From positions 1,193 to 65,192 of the forward strand of contig JAFXCZ010000008.1 of NCBI GenBank assembly GCA_017516445.1: 64,000 nt of DNA, in the 5' to 3' direction. Numbering within the stretch: position 1 is the first letter of the stretch; each line of letters begins with the position of its first letter. This DNA comes from Clostridia bacterium. GTDB lineage: Bacteria; Bacillota; Clostridia; Oscillospirales; Acutalibacteraceae. The notes below the pieces were generated by a model. It was not told where the DNA came from. It worked only from the letters and a program-made list of their open reading frames with translations, and searched no databases. Made by a program: the position numbers and the translations under genes. Shown piece by piece: positions 1-8,421 of the stretch.

Positions 1-720
1 CCCGTTTGCGACAACCGAAGTCACCACATTATTACTTATATTGATTTTTTCAAGCTTGGTACCGAAAAGCACCTTACCGCCAAGAGATATAATTTCCTTG
101 CGGATACTCTTAACAACATCAATTAAAATATCTGTTCCAATGTGCGGTTTAGCATCAGTAAGGATTTTTTCTTTCGCGCCATGGCAAACAAATTCCTTTA
201 ACACTGCACGACAACGGATATCCTTTATACCTGTATTAAGCTTGCCGTCCGAAAAAGTGCCCGCTCCCCCTTCACCGAACTGAACGTTTGATTCAGGGTT
301 GAGTTTTCCGCCCGTAAAAAATGCATCAACGTCCTTTTTTCGTGTATCGGCGTCCTGCCCGCGCTCAAGCACAATAGGTTTTAGCCCTGCACGTGCAAGC
401 GCCAAGGCGCAAAACATACCGCAAGGGCCAAAGCCGACTACGACAGGCGGATTTTTATGCATTTTATTTGCAGTTTGCCACTTGTAATCCTTACATATAT
501 ATAATTGTGCGTTTTTATTCTTTTTTAAAATAACCTGTTCATTCGCACATTCAACTAATACCGAACAGCAAAAATGAACATTATCCTTTCTGCGCGCATC
601 AACCGACTTCTTATATAAATAAACATTATCGGTTTTACATTTTATCAATTTTTCAACCGTTGTCTTTAAATCTTCAAAATCAGTATCAAGCGGCAGCTTT
701 ACATTATTAATTATCAGCAT
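1..720 (-). CDS. FAD/NAD(P)-binding oxidoreductase (COG2509-like), first 240 codons; C-terminus lies beyond the window edge
   Basis: Not in the ORF track because there is no stop in the window. ATG at 720-718 lies 1 nt upstream of the preceding gene's stop (716-714). The frame is open down to nt 1. Translation is MLIINNVKLPLDTDFEDLK...PPVVVGFGPCGMFCALALARAGLKPIVLERG (GxGxxG dinucleotide fold)...GEGGAGTFSDGKL. Confidence 0.7.
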   Translation of the reverse strand, partial: MLIINNVKLPLDTDFEDLKTTVEKLIKCKTDNVYLYKKSVDARRKDNVHFCCSVLVECANEQVILKKNKNAQLYICKDYKWQTANKMHKNPPVVVGFGPCGMFCALALARAGLKPIVLERGQDADTRKKDVDAFFTGGKLNPESNVQFGEGGAGTFSDGKLNTGIKDIRCRAVLKEFVCHGAKEKILTDAKPHIGTDILIDVVKSIRKEIISLGGKVLFGTKLEKINISNNVVTSVVANG

Positions 721-1943
721 ACACTATTCCCAACTATAGATTCTACCGCGCACATAGCACTACTCCAAGCCCACTGCAGATTAAATCCACCACAGTCGCC
801 ATCAATATCAAGTATCTCACCTACACAGTAAAGCCCCTTGCAATCAACCGATTCCATAGTGCGCGGATTAAACTGTGTAGTATCAAGACCGCCCGCAGTC
901 ACCTGTGCATTGGCGAAGCCCGTAGTTCCAATTACATTAAATTCCATATTCTTTAATATATGCGCTATTTTTTCTATTGCCGCATTATCTATCACGGCTA
1001 CCGAATCAGAAAGCTTTAAGCCTGCAAGCTTTAAAACAATCTGGCCGAGGCGTTTGTTGAGCATACCTGTAAAAAATTCCTCTAAAGAGCGGTTTTTCAT
1101 TACACTTATTCTTTTTTGTATAACTAAGCAAAGGTCAGCGTAATCAATATTCGGCATAATATCAAGGCTAATAATTGTACCGTCAACACGTGACACTTGG
1201 CGCGAAACCTGCATTATAGGTGGGCCCGAAAGTCCATAATCGGTAAATAAAACCTCACCGAAATCGCGACGCAACACTTGTCCGTCCTTCATAAGCGAAA
1301 CCGAAGCATCAACCTTAATTCCCTTTAGCTGCTTGGTTACATCATTAACGGTTTTAATTTGTACTATTGAGGGAGTGCTTTTTACAACCCCGAAACCTGC
1401 AGACTGTAAAATATTAAGCATACTTCCGTCACAGCCATATTTTTCACCACCCGCAAGACCGCCTGTAGCAATAATAACATTCTTGGCTATAAAGCTTACC
1501 TTATTGGCTATCACCTTATAATCCTTACCTAATGTATTTATATTAGTCACCTTGGTATCGGTATGGATTATAACTCCCAATTCCTCTGCCATAAAGCGTA
1601 GGCAATCCACAACCGAGCCCGCCTGTAAGGAAGCGGGGTACACCTTATCGTCTTCATATATAAAGGGGACACCAATTTTTTCAAAAAACTCTTCACACAC
1701 AGATAAATTAAATTTTTCCAAAGCGTAACGGCAAAATTCTTTATTTTGACCGTGATAACGTTCAAGCGAAATATTTTTATTTGAAATATTGCACCTGCCG
1801 TTGCCCGTAACAATAAGCTTTTTGCAAACACGTGGCAAAGCCTCTAAAACCCGAACTGAAAGCTCGGGCTTTTTTTGTTTGAGATATACCGCCGCGCAAA
1901 GACCTGCCGCGCCGCCACCGATTATAACCACATCTGTTTTCAT
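714..1943 (-). CDS. BaiN/HI0933-family NAD(P)/FAD-dependent oxidoreductase
   Basis: N-terminal DVVIIGGGAAGL Rossmann motif, a TGNGRCN motif, and a C-terminal GGFNLQWAWSS typical of the HI0933 family. ATG at 1943 has AAGGAA 8 nt upstream; the track's TTG at 1949 has no SD. Confidence 0.85.
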   Translation of the reverse strand: MKTDVVIIGGGAAGLCAAVYLKQKKPELSVRVLEALPRVCKKLIVTGNGRCNISNKNISLERYHGQNKEFCRYALEKFNLSVCEEFFEKIGVPFIYEDDKVYPASLQAGSVVDCLRFMAEELGVIIHTDTKVTNINTLGKDYKVIANKVSFIAKNVIIATGGLAGGEKYGCDGSMLNILQSAGFGVVKSTPSIVQIKTVNDVTKQLKGIKVDASVSLMKDGQVLRRDFGEVLFTDYGLSGPPIMQVSRQVSRVDGTIISLDIMPNIDYADLCLVIQKRISVMKNRSLEEFFTGMLNKRLGQIVLKLAGLKLSDSVAVIDNAAIEKIAHILKNMEFNVIGTTGFANAQVTAGGLDTTQFNPRTMESVDCKGLYCVGEILDIDGDCGGFNLQWAWSSAMCAVESIVGNSVC

Positions 1944-2002
1944 AACCAAAATTCCTTATACATATATATTATAGAAATCATATCACAAAACCCGACAATT
2001 TA

Positions 2003-2034
2003 CAAGAAAAGAAAATCCCGACATAAAGTCGGGA
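2003..2034 (-). terminator. intrinsic terminator after the symporter gene
   Basis: Stem TCCCGAC/GTCGGGA (2016-2022 / 2028-2034) with a 5-nt loop, followed on the minus strand by TTTTCTTTTCTTG. Confidence 0.6.
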
Positions 2035-2042
2035 CTAAGAAA

Positions 2043-3581
2043 TTATTCTGCTGTTACTGTTTCCTTTTCTACATTTTCAGCATCTTTGTATGAAAGCACA
2101 GGAGCAACATCCTTCTTCTTTAGGTTGCGGTCAACATAATTCTTGGTAATCTTCATAACCAACGGACAGAGTACCAATACGCCGATAAGGTTGGGAACCA
2201 TCATCAGACCGTTAAAGGTATCAGAAATATCCCACGCGAGAGTTGAAGTAAGGACTGCGCCGAAAATTATAGTACAAACATGGATTATTCTGAAAATAAC
2301 TGTTGTCTTTGCACCAAATAGATATTCCCAAGCCTTAGAGCCGTAGTGTGACCAGCCGAGAACTGTTGTAAATGCAAACAAAAACATTGCAATAGCAACA
2401 AATCTCTGACCTATGTTACCCCAACTGAACACTTCGTTAAAAGCACCGCCTACGAGGGTTGCATCAGAAAGTCCCTGTGCGATTTCGCCTGTTTTAACAT
2501 TGAAAACGCCGCCTTCAAGACCGCCCGAGGTTAAAACAACCAAAGCTGTCATTGTACAAACAACCATTGTGTCGGCAAATACTTCAAATATACCCCACAT
2601 ACCCTGTTTAACAGGCTCTTTAACATTTGAGTTGGAGTGTACCATAACAGATGAACCAAGACCTGCTTCGTTTGAGAAAACGCCACGCTTGAAGCCGTTG
2701 GTCATAGCAATAATTACACCGCCAATGCCGCCGCCTACGAAAGCCTCAGGCTTAAATGCGTTAACAAAGATTGCTTTAAATGCAGGGATAATCGCATCGT
2801 AGTTAATACCTATAATTATAATGCTGCCTGCAACAAATAAAACTACCATAAACGGAACAATTTTTTCTGCAACACTTGCAATTCTCTTAAGACCACCCAA
2901 GGTGATAAGAGCAGTTAAAGCCATAATAACAACGCCAAGTAAGATATTGTATAAAGAAACTTCTCCAAATACATTAATAGAAGAAAGTGCTTTAACATCA
3001 AAAGCAGCAGCAACGTTAGCAACAATTTTGTTAACCTGTCCCATACTGCCGATACCGAAAGAAGCGAGCATTGTAAAGATACAGAAAAGGACTGCCAATA
3101 CCTTACCTATCCACTTACAGCCTTTTTTAGCACCAAGACCGTCACGAAGATAGTACATAGCACCGCCCGACCACTCGTCATTAGCATTTTTGCGGCGATA
3201 ATAAATACCTAAAACATTTTCGGAATAGTTGGTCATCATTCCAAAGAATGCAGCAACCCACATCCAGAAAACTGCGCCTGCACCGCCAACAGCAATAGCT
3301 GCCGCAACACCTGCGATATTACCCGTACCTACTGTAGCCGCAAGAGCGGTACAAAGAGCCTGGAACGGCGAAATCGAACCTTTTTCCTTACTGTGAGCAA
3401 TAACCTCTTTCTTAAAAAGGCTACCGATAGTTTCCTTCCACCAATGGCCGATATGTGTAACCTGAAATACCTTGGTCAAAAGAGTTGTTATAATACCTGT
3501 ACCTATAAGCAACGCCAAGCCGAACATACCCCATACAACGCCATTAATACTACCGTTGATTTCTGCAATTTTGTCTAACAT
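2043..3581 (-). CDS. alsT: alanine/glycine:cation symporter (AGCS family, sodium:alanine symporter)
   Basis: About 11 predicted TM segments and the AGCS signature region FQALCTALAATVGTGNIAGVA. ATG at 3581 has AAGGAG 8 nt upstream; the track's GTG at 3623 lacks an SD. A glycine riboswitch lies upstream. Confidence 0.9.
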   Translation of the reverse strand: MLDKIAEINGSINGVVWGMFGLALLIGTGIITTLLTKVFQVTHIGHWWKETIGSLFKKEVIAHSKEKGSISPFQALCTALAATVGTGNIAGVAAAIAVGGAGAVFWMWVAAFFGMMTNYSENVLGIYYRRKNANDEWSGGAMYYLRDGLGAKKGCKWIGKVLAVLFCIFTMLASFGIGSMGQVNKIVANVAAAFDVKALSSINVFGEVSLYNILLGVVIMALTALITLGGLKRIASVAEKIVPFMVVLFVAGSIIIIGINYDAIIPAFKAIFVNAFKPEAFVGGGIGGVIIAMTNGFKRGVFSNEAGLGSSVMVHSNSNVKEPVKQGMWGIFEVFADTMVVCTMTALVVLTSGGLEGGVFNVKTGEIAQGLSDATLVGGAFNEVFSWGNIGQRFVAIAMFLFAFTTVLGWSHYGSKAWEYLFGAKTTVIFRIIHVCTIIFGAVLTSTLAWDISDTFNGLMMVPNLIGVLVLCPLVMKITKNYVDRNLKKKDVAPVLSYKDAENVEKETVTAE

Positions 3582-3640
3582 TTTTCTTCTCCTTTTTTCT
3601 TTAGACATTCTATTGAATACCACTTATAGAAATGGGATTT

Positions 3641-3675
3641 TTCAAAACAAAAACCGAGCCTATAAATAGACTCGG
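3641..3675 (-). terminator. terminator forming the expression platform of the glycine riboswitch
   Basis: Minus strand reads CCGAGTCTA-TTTA-TAGGCTCGG, a 9-bp stem with one G-U pair (3654-3675), followed by TTTTTGTTTTG. It sits between the aptamer and the alsT RBS. Confidence 0.65.
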
Positions 3676-3698
3676 AAAAGCAAATAAATCATATCACC

Positions 3699-3780
3699 CT
3701 TTGTCCTTTTGCCTGAGAGATTAACGAGTATACTCGCCTTGCCCCTTCGGCATCTGATTTAACAGAATTCTCCAAAGTCC
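3699..3780 (-). promoter_or_regulatory. glycine riboswitch, single aptamer
   Basis: Minus strand reads GGACTTTGGAGAA...GCCGAAGGGGCAA...AATCTCTCAGGCAAAAGGACAAAG. This matches the conserved GGAGA / CCGAAGGGGCAA / CTCTCAGGCAAAAGGAC cores. P1 is CTTTG/CAAAG. No second aptamer core is visible upstream. Confidence 0.8.
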
Positions 3781-3839
3781 CATCCGTTCACAGTCGTTTA
3801 TACTTCTGCAAATTTCACATAGTTATTCAATTAACAAAT

Positions 3840-3867
3840 ATTATAACACGCTTTTTAAAAAAATCAA
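3840..3867 (-). promoter_or_regulatory. sigma-A-type promoter for the riboswitch-alsT transcript
   Basis: Minus strand has TTGATT (3867-3862), a 16-nt spacer, then TGT-TATAAT (3845-3840). Confidence 0.5.
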
Positions 3868-3887
3868 GTACTTTTTAAAATTTTTTA

Positions 3888-3916
3888 TTGACTCATAAAA
3901 AAAATCGTAGTATTAT
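3888..3916 (+). promoter_or_regulatory. sigma-A-type promoter for gdhA
   Basis: TTGACT (3888-3893), a 17-nt spacer, then TATTAT (3911-3916). GGAGG lies at 3936-3940 and ATG at 3949. Confidence 0.5.
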
Positions 3917-4019
3917 ATAAAAATAGTAATTATTTGGAGGAAGAAATTATGTTTAAATCAGCTTATTTACAAAAGGTTTATGCTGATGTTGAAGCAAGAA
4001 ACCCGGTGAAAAGGAATTC

Positions 4020-5300
4020 TTGCAAACAGTCAAAGAGGTTTTTGAATCTATCGAGCCTGTTGTTGAGTCTAACCCCAACATTGAAAAATGGGGCGTTATT
4101 GAAAGAATGGTAGAGCCCGAAAGACAGATTATGTTCCGTGTTCCGTGGATAGATGACAACGGTGTTGTTCGTGTAAACCGCGGTTACAGAGTACAGTTCA
4201 ACTCTGCTATCGGTCCTTACAAGGGCGGTCTTCGCTTCCATCCGTCAGTTAATGCCAGCATTATTAAGTTCTTAGGCTTTGAGCAGACCTTTAAGAACAG
4301 CCTTACAGGTCTTCCTATGGGCGGCGGTAAAGGCGGTAGTGACTTTGACCCACGCGGACGCAGTGACCAAGAAATTATGCGTTTCTGCCAGAGCTTTATG
4401 ACCGAGCTTTCAAGACATATCGGTGCTGATACCGACGTTCCCGCAGGTGATATCGGCGTAGGTGCACGCGAAATTGGTTACCTTTACGGTCAGTACAGAA
4501 GAATGCGTAATGAATTTACAGGCGTTCTTACAGGTAAGGGTCTTACATACGGCGGCTCACTTATCCGTCCTGAAGCTACAGGCTTTGGCGCAGTTTACTA
4601 TGTAGACGAAATGCTTAAATCCTTTGGCGATACTATTAAGGATAAAACCTTTGCGGTATCAGGCTTCGGTAACGTTGCCTGGGGTACTGTTAAGAAAGTA
4701 ACCGAGCTTGGCGGTAAGGTTGTTACCATCTCGGGCCCCGACGGTTATATATATGATGAAAACGGTATCAATACCGATGAAAAGATTGAATTTATGCTTT
4801 CAATGCGTTCTTCCGGTCATGACAAGGTTAAGGACTATGCTGACAAATTCGGCGTTCCTTACTTTGAAGGTCAGAAGCCTTGGGGCACAAAGGTTGACAT
4901 TGTTATGCCTTGCGCAACACAGAACGAGGTTGACGTTAAGGAAGCTGAACAGATTATTGCCAACGGCGTTAAATACTATGTAGAGGTTTCAAATATGCCT
5001 ACCACCAATGAGGCAGTAGCACTTCTCAAGAAAAACGGCGTTGTTGTGGCTCCCTCTAAGGCAGTTAACGCAGGCGGCGTTGCAGTTTCAGGTCTTGAAA
5101 TGAGTCAGAACTCTATGCGTTACAGCTGGACCGCTGAAGAGGTTGACGCTAAGTTAAAGCAAATTATGGCTGACATATTTGCAAACTCACTTAAAGCCGC
5201 TAAAAAATACGGTATGGACGGCGACCTTGTAGCAGGCGCTAACATCGCAGGCTTTGAAAAGGTTGCAGAAGCAATGCTAGCACAAGGCGTTGCGTACTAA
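4020..5300 (+). CDS. gdhA: NADP-specific glutamate dehydrogenase (longest intact frame; the N-terminal 19 codons sit in another frame from ATG 3949, see findings)
   Basis: Motifs GYRVQFNSAIGPYKGGLRFHP and LPMGGGKGGSDFDP (catalytic Lys region), GFGNVAW Rossmann motif, and near-colinear similarity to hexameric GDHs. Confidence 0.9.
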   Translation: MQTVKEVFESIEPVVESNPNIEKWGVIERMVEPERQIMFRVPWIDDNGVVRVNRGYRVQFNSAIGPYKGGLRFHPSVNASIIKFLGFEQTFKNSLTGLPMGGGKGGSDFDPRGRSDQEIMRFCQSFMTELSRHIGADTDVPAGDIGVGAREIGYLYGQYRRMRNEFTGVLTGKGLTYGGSLIRPEATGFGAVYYVDEMLKSFGDTIKDKTFAVSGFGNVAWGTVKKVTELGGKVVTISGPDGYIYDENGINTDEKIEFMLSMRSSGHDKVKDYADKFGVPYFEGQKPWGTKVDIVMPCATQNEVDVKEAEQIIANGVKYYVEVSNMPTTNEAVALLKKNGVVVAPSKAVNAGGVAVSGLEMSQNSMRYSWTAEEVDAKLKQIMADIFANSLKAAKKYGMDGDLVAGANIAGFEKVAEAMLAQGVAY

Positions 5301-5324
5301 TTCTATTTAATTGTAACAAAAAAC

Positions 5325-5366
5325 AAACTGATTTCGTTTTTTAAACGAAATCAGTTTTATTTTTTT
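5325..5366. terminator. bidirectional terminator between gdhA and the GT-C gene
   Basis: Perfect 15-bp arms AAACTGATTTCGTTT / AAACGAAATCAGTTT (5325-5339 / 5343-5357), with a T-run after and an A-run before. Confidence 0.65.
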
Positions 5367-6507
5367 GATAGTTTAAAACTTTATATACAAAAGAACCCCA
5401 TAAAATTATGTATATCATTACATAAATAATTTCCCAATCCCTATATTTGACTAAATAATTCCCATAAGTAAAGATACTTAACATCCAACTAAATACAGAA
5501 TATTTTAAAAACTTAATATCCATAAAACAAATTACAATTAAGAATATATCTAAAACATATGAATATCTCTCATGCATTGATGGCAAAAATAAGATTACAG
5601 TCCAAATTAAAGCTGTTGCTAAAAGTAAAATTTTTTCCTTTGTATCAGGAGAAAAAGCTCCTGAAAGAATAAGGTAAAGTGCTATACCGCATAATACAAA
5701 AGTAATTAAAATTGCCGAAATTTTAAAATCATTATAATTTTCACCTATAAGCATCCAAAAACTTGGAAAATTCATGTACATACGCTTATATTCGCCTGAT
5801 TGAAAAGCATAAATTTTTAAAGGCGCTAATAAATCTCTTCCATATAGAAACGCAACTATACCTGAGCCCCAAAAAACGCCAAAAGAAATAATGAAATTAA
5901 ATATGCTAAATTTTCTTTTGTAAAAGTAATAACATAAAATGAAAGGCAAAACAAAAATTGCTTGAAGTTTAAATGCAAGTGAAACCCCAAAGAAAATAAA
6001 AGCAGAAGTATACTTTTCTTTTAATAACTGTAAAATCATTAGAACTATAAATGCTGTATATATAGAATCACACTGACCCCAAAAAGCAGAATTAATTATT
6101 ACTGTTGGAAAGAATAAAACCAATGTATACGAAAGACAAAAATACATGCTTGATTTTTCTTTATCCTTTAAATAGCACACTAAAAAAGCGACTACAATTG
6201 CTAAAATATAATCAAAAAATATTGAAATTACTTTATAAGAAATAACACAATCTACCTTTAAATAAGTCATTACACTTATAATTGTTTGATATATTAAATT
6301 ATAGTCACCAATTTGTTTATTAAGTGCAGAAAGTCCTCCACTACTGGCCACTTCATTAAACCATGGAATAAGAAATTTTGTCATATCCTTTGAAATAAAC
6401 TGCAAACCGCTTAAACGAATTAATAAACCTATCAATGATACTATAATTAAAAACAATAAATTTTTATTTTTAATAACCCAATCAATTAGTTTTTTCTCTA
6501 ACACCAT
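5341..6507 (-). CDS. polytopic membrane glycosyltransferase, GT-C fold (Gpi18-like/PMT_2-like mannosyltransferase)
   Basis: 388 aa with at least 10 hydrophobic segments. The N-terminal loop pattern LIRLSGLQFISKDMTKFLIPWFNEV...GDYNLIYQ resembles Gpi18-like mannosyltransferases. The gene is markedly more AT-rich than its flanks. Confidence 0.55.
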   Translation of the reverse strand: MVLEKKLIDWVIKNKNLLFLIIVSLIGLLIRLSGLQFISKDMTKFLIPWFNEVASSGGLSALNKQIGDYNLIYQTIISVMTYLKVDCVISYKVISIFFDYILAIVVAFLVCYLKDKEKSSMYFCLSYTLVLFFPTVIINSAFWGQCDSIYTAFIVLMILQLLKEKYTSAFIFFGVSLAFKLQAIFVLPFILCYYFYKRKFSIFNFIISFGVFWGSGIVAFLYGRDLLAPLKIYAFQSGEYKRMYMNFPSFWMLIGENYNDFKISAILITFVLCGIALYLILSGAFSPDTKEKILLLATALIWTVILFLPSMHERYSYVLDIFLIVICFMDIKFLKYSVFSWMLSIFTYGNYLVKYRDWEIIYVMIYIILWGSFVYKVLNYQKNKTDFV

Positions 6508-6562
6508 TTATACTTCCCTCTTTCTGAAACGCATATAAAGCATAAAATATTATATTACCAAA

Positions 6563-6638
6563 TTCCACTAATGTCAATATATTCTTCCACTATTTGTAAA
6601 CGATAATATTATATTATAAAGACATCAAATAGTGGAAG
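6563..6638 (+). promoter_or_regulatory. candidate operator set upstream of the XRE regulator
   Basis: 13-bp perfect inverted repeat CTTCCACTATTTG (6584-6596) / CAAATAGTGGAAG (6626-6638), plus a third half-site TTCCACTA at 6563-6570. The right arm overlaps the SD (GGAAGGAAG) of the GTG-6651 gene. Confidence 0.4.
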
Positions 6639-6650
6639 GAAGTATTACAA

Positions 6651-6941
6651 GTGAAAGATTTTTCAATAATTGCGAAAGAATTACGCCAAGCAAAGCATTT
6701 AACCCAAACTCAACTAGCTATGAAACTGTGGGTTCAAAAATCAATTATTTCCGCCTATGAAACAGGTATTCGCCAGCCAAGTCTTGATATGCTCATAAAA
6801 TATTCCAAAGAATTCGGTGTTACAACAGATTATTTATTAGGAATTAATAACGAAAAAATCATAACGGTAAATGAATTAACTGATAATCAAATAAATATTT
6901 TAAATGAAATAATCCAAGAATTTTCAAAATCCACAAAATAA
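6651..6941 (+). CDS. XRE-family helix-turn-helix transcriptional regulator
   Basis: HTH_3 pattern LRQAKHLTQTQLAMKLWVQKSIISAYETGIRQPSLDMLIKYSKEFGVTTDYLLG. GTG start preceded by GGAAGGAAG. Confidence 0.85.
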   Translation: MKDFSIIAKELRQAKHLTQTQLAMKLWVQKSIISAYETGIRQPSLDMLIKYSKEFGVTTDYLLGINNEKIITVNELTDNQINILNEIIQEFSKSTK

Positions 6942-6985
6942 GAGAAAAAGCCCTTGAAATGAATTCAAGGGCTTTTTCTCTTATT
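6942..6985 (+). terminator. intrinsic terminator after the XRE gene
   Basis: 17-bp arms GAGAAAAAGCCCTTGAA / TTCAAGGGCTTTTTCTC followed by TTATT. Confidence 0.65.
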
Positions 6986-7064
6986 AAAACCTAAAATATC
7001 AATTCAATATTAAATTTGTTCTATTTTGGACAACCACCTCATAGGATTTACTGAGGTGAACAAA

Positions 7065-8000
7065 ATGCAAGAAGACAAAAGATTTGAAAGTGTGCTTTAT
7101 GCGGTATCTGACAGGACAAGGGCGGTACTGCAAAGGCTTTCCCCTACAGTTAAAGCCAATACCTGCGAAATACGGATGAGAAAAAATCTACCGCTTGCTT
7201 TGACAGTTGGTACCGAAACTGTATTTATTCGTGAAAACGGACAAACCCAGTTTTTTCTGTCGGGTGACCTTTTTAAAATCGGTAAAGCCGATTTAGAAGA
7301 AAGCTTTAAAAGGCTTTGCAATAATTCAGTTTTTGACCACGAAAACGAGCTTTCTAACGGATTTATTGTTATGAAGAACGGCAGTCGCGCAGGGGTGTGC
7401 GGAAGATTCTCCAAAAACGGTGCTATACAGGATATATCTTCTTTAAACCTACGTATTGCGCGAGAATTTTTTGGCAGTGCAAACGATATTTTAAGAAATT
7501 ATCAAAACTCAGGACTCTTGATTGCAGGCCCCCCTGGCAGCGGCAAAACCACCGTACTGCGCGACCTTGTGCGTCAGCTTTCAAACGGAAATACGGGCAG
7601 ACTTCGCCGTGTTGCCGTAATCGATAGCCGACAGGAAATATCGGGCAGCAGTATTGGGGTGGCTTCCAACGATTTAGGCAATAACACCGATATTCTTATA
7701 ACCGAAAATAAAGCAAAGGGAATAGAAATTGCGCTTCGCACAATGTTCCCCGATATTATTGCTTTTGACGAAATCGGCACAACCGAAGAGCTTAAAAGTG
7801 TAAGCGAAAGCTTTTGCGCAGGCGTAAGTATAATTACAACCGCCCACATTGGCAATATTAACGAGCTTAGAACACGTAGCGTTACCGACCAATTACTTAA
7901 AAGCGGTGCTATAACCCAAGTAGCACTACTTCCGCAGATTCATGGCGGTAAAATCAGAGTTTTCGACACAAAGGAGCTTTTTTGTGACACTGTTATTTAA
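7065..8000 (+). CDS. spoIIIAA: stage III sporulation protein AA (ATPase)
   Basis: Walker A GPPGSGKTT. First gene of an 8-gene block colinear with the B. subtilis spoIIIA operon. ATG at 7065 is preceded by GAGGTG. Confidence 0.9.
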   Translation: MQEDKRFESVLYAVSDRTRAVLQRLSPTVKANTCEIRMRKNLPLALTVGTETVFIRENGQTQFFLSGDLFKIGKADLEESFKRLCNNSVFDHENELSNGFIVMKNGSRAGVCGRFSKNGAIQDISSLNLRIAREFFGSANDILRNYQNSGLLIAGPPGSGKTTVLRDLVRQLSNGNTGRLRRVAVIDSRQEISGSSIGVASNDLGNNTDILITENKAKGIEIALRTMFPDIIAFDEIGTTEELKSVSESFCAGVSIITTAHIGNINELRTRSVTDQLLKSGAITQVALLPQIHGGKIRVFDTKELFCDTVI

Positions 8001-8412
8001 GGTTACAGGCTTTTTGCTGATAATTTTCACAACCTCCGCCATAGGCTTTATAAAATCGGAGGAGCTTAATTTAAGATATAAAAAGCTTTGTAGCATTGAA
8101 CAGGGTATACACAGCTTAAAGGAGCGCATACGTCTGCAGGGCGGCGAAATTGACCGCCTTATACATTTAAGCTTCCAAGAATACCCCATAAATTACAGTT
8201 ATCTTGAAAAAGACGATTGTGAAATAATAAAAGATTTTTTTAAAAACATCGGTATGTCCGACACCGAGGCTGAGTATAAACGGTGCGAGCTTTACATAAA
8301 TATGATTAAAGGCAAAGCTGATGAAGCACTTAAAAAACACCGCGAGCTTAGCCGTCTGTACAAAAGTATGGGGGTTATGAGCGGAATTTTTATTTGCATA
8401 TTTTTAATTTGA
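7984..8412 (+). CDS. spoIIIAB: stage III sporulation protein AB
   Basis: Position in the operon and an N-terminal TM helix. In-frame GTG at 7984 has AAGGAG (7971-7976) 7 nt upstream; the track's ATG at 7942 would overlap spoIIIAA by 59 nt. Confidence 0.75.
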   Translation: MTLLFKVTGFLLIIFTTSAIGFIKSEELNLRYKKLCSIEQGIHSLKERIRLQGGEIDRLIHLSFQEYPINYSYLEKDDCEIIKDFFKNIGMSDTEAEYKRCELYINMIKGKADEALKKHRELSRLYKSMGVMSGIFICIFLI

Positions 8413-8421
8413 GGTTAAAAA

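Noticed and set aside
3990-4010. Programmed ribosomal frameshifting as the explanation for the gdhA frame break
   Set aside because: Restoring the frame needs a +1 shift. I see no canonical slippery heptamer, no stimulatory SD-like element at the right distance, and no downstream structure. A homopolymer indel, real or artefactual, is the more economical reading. It is kept as a finding only as a frameshift.
6985-7064. Search for a sigma-E-type promoter upstream of spoIIIAA
   Set aside because: ATATT-like and CATA-like elements are present, but they are about 28 nt apart, which is the wrong spacing for the sigma-E consensus. No confident promoter call is possible from sequence alone.
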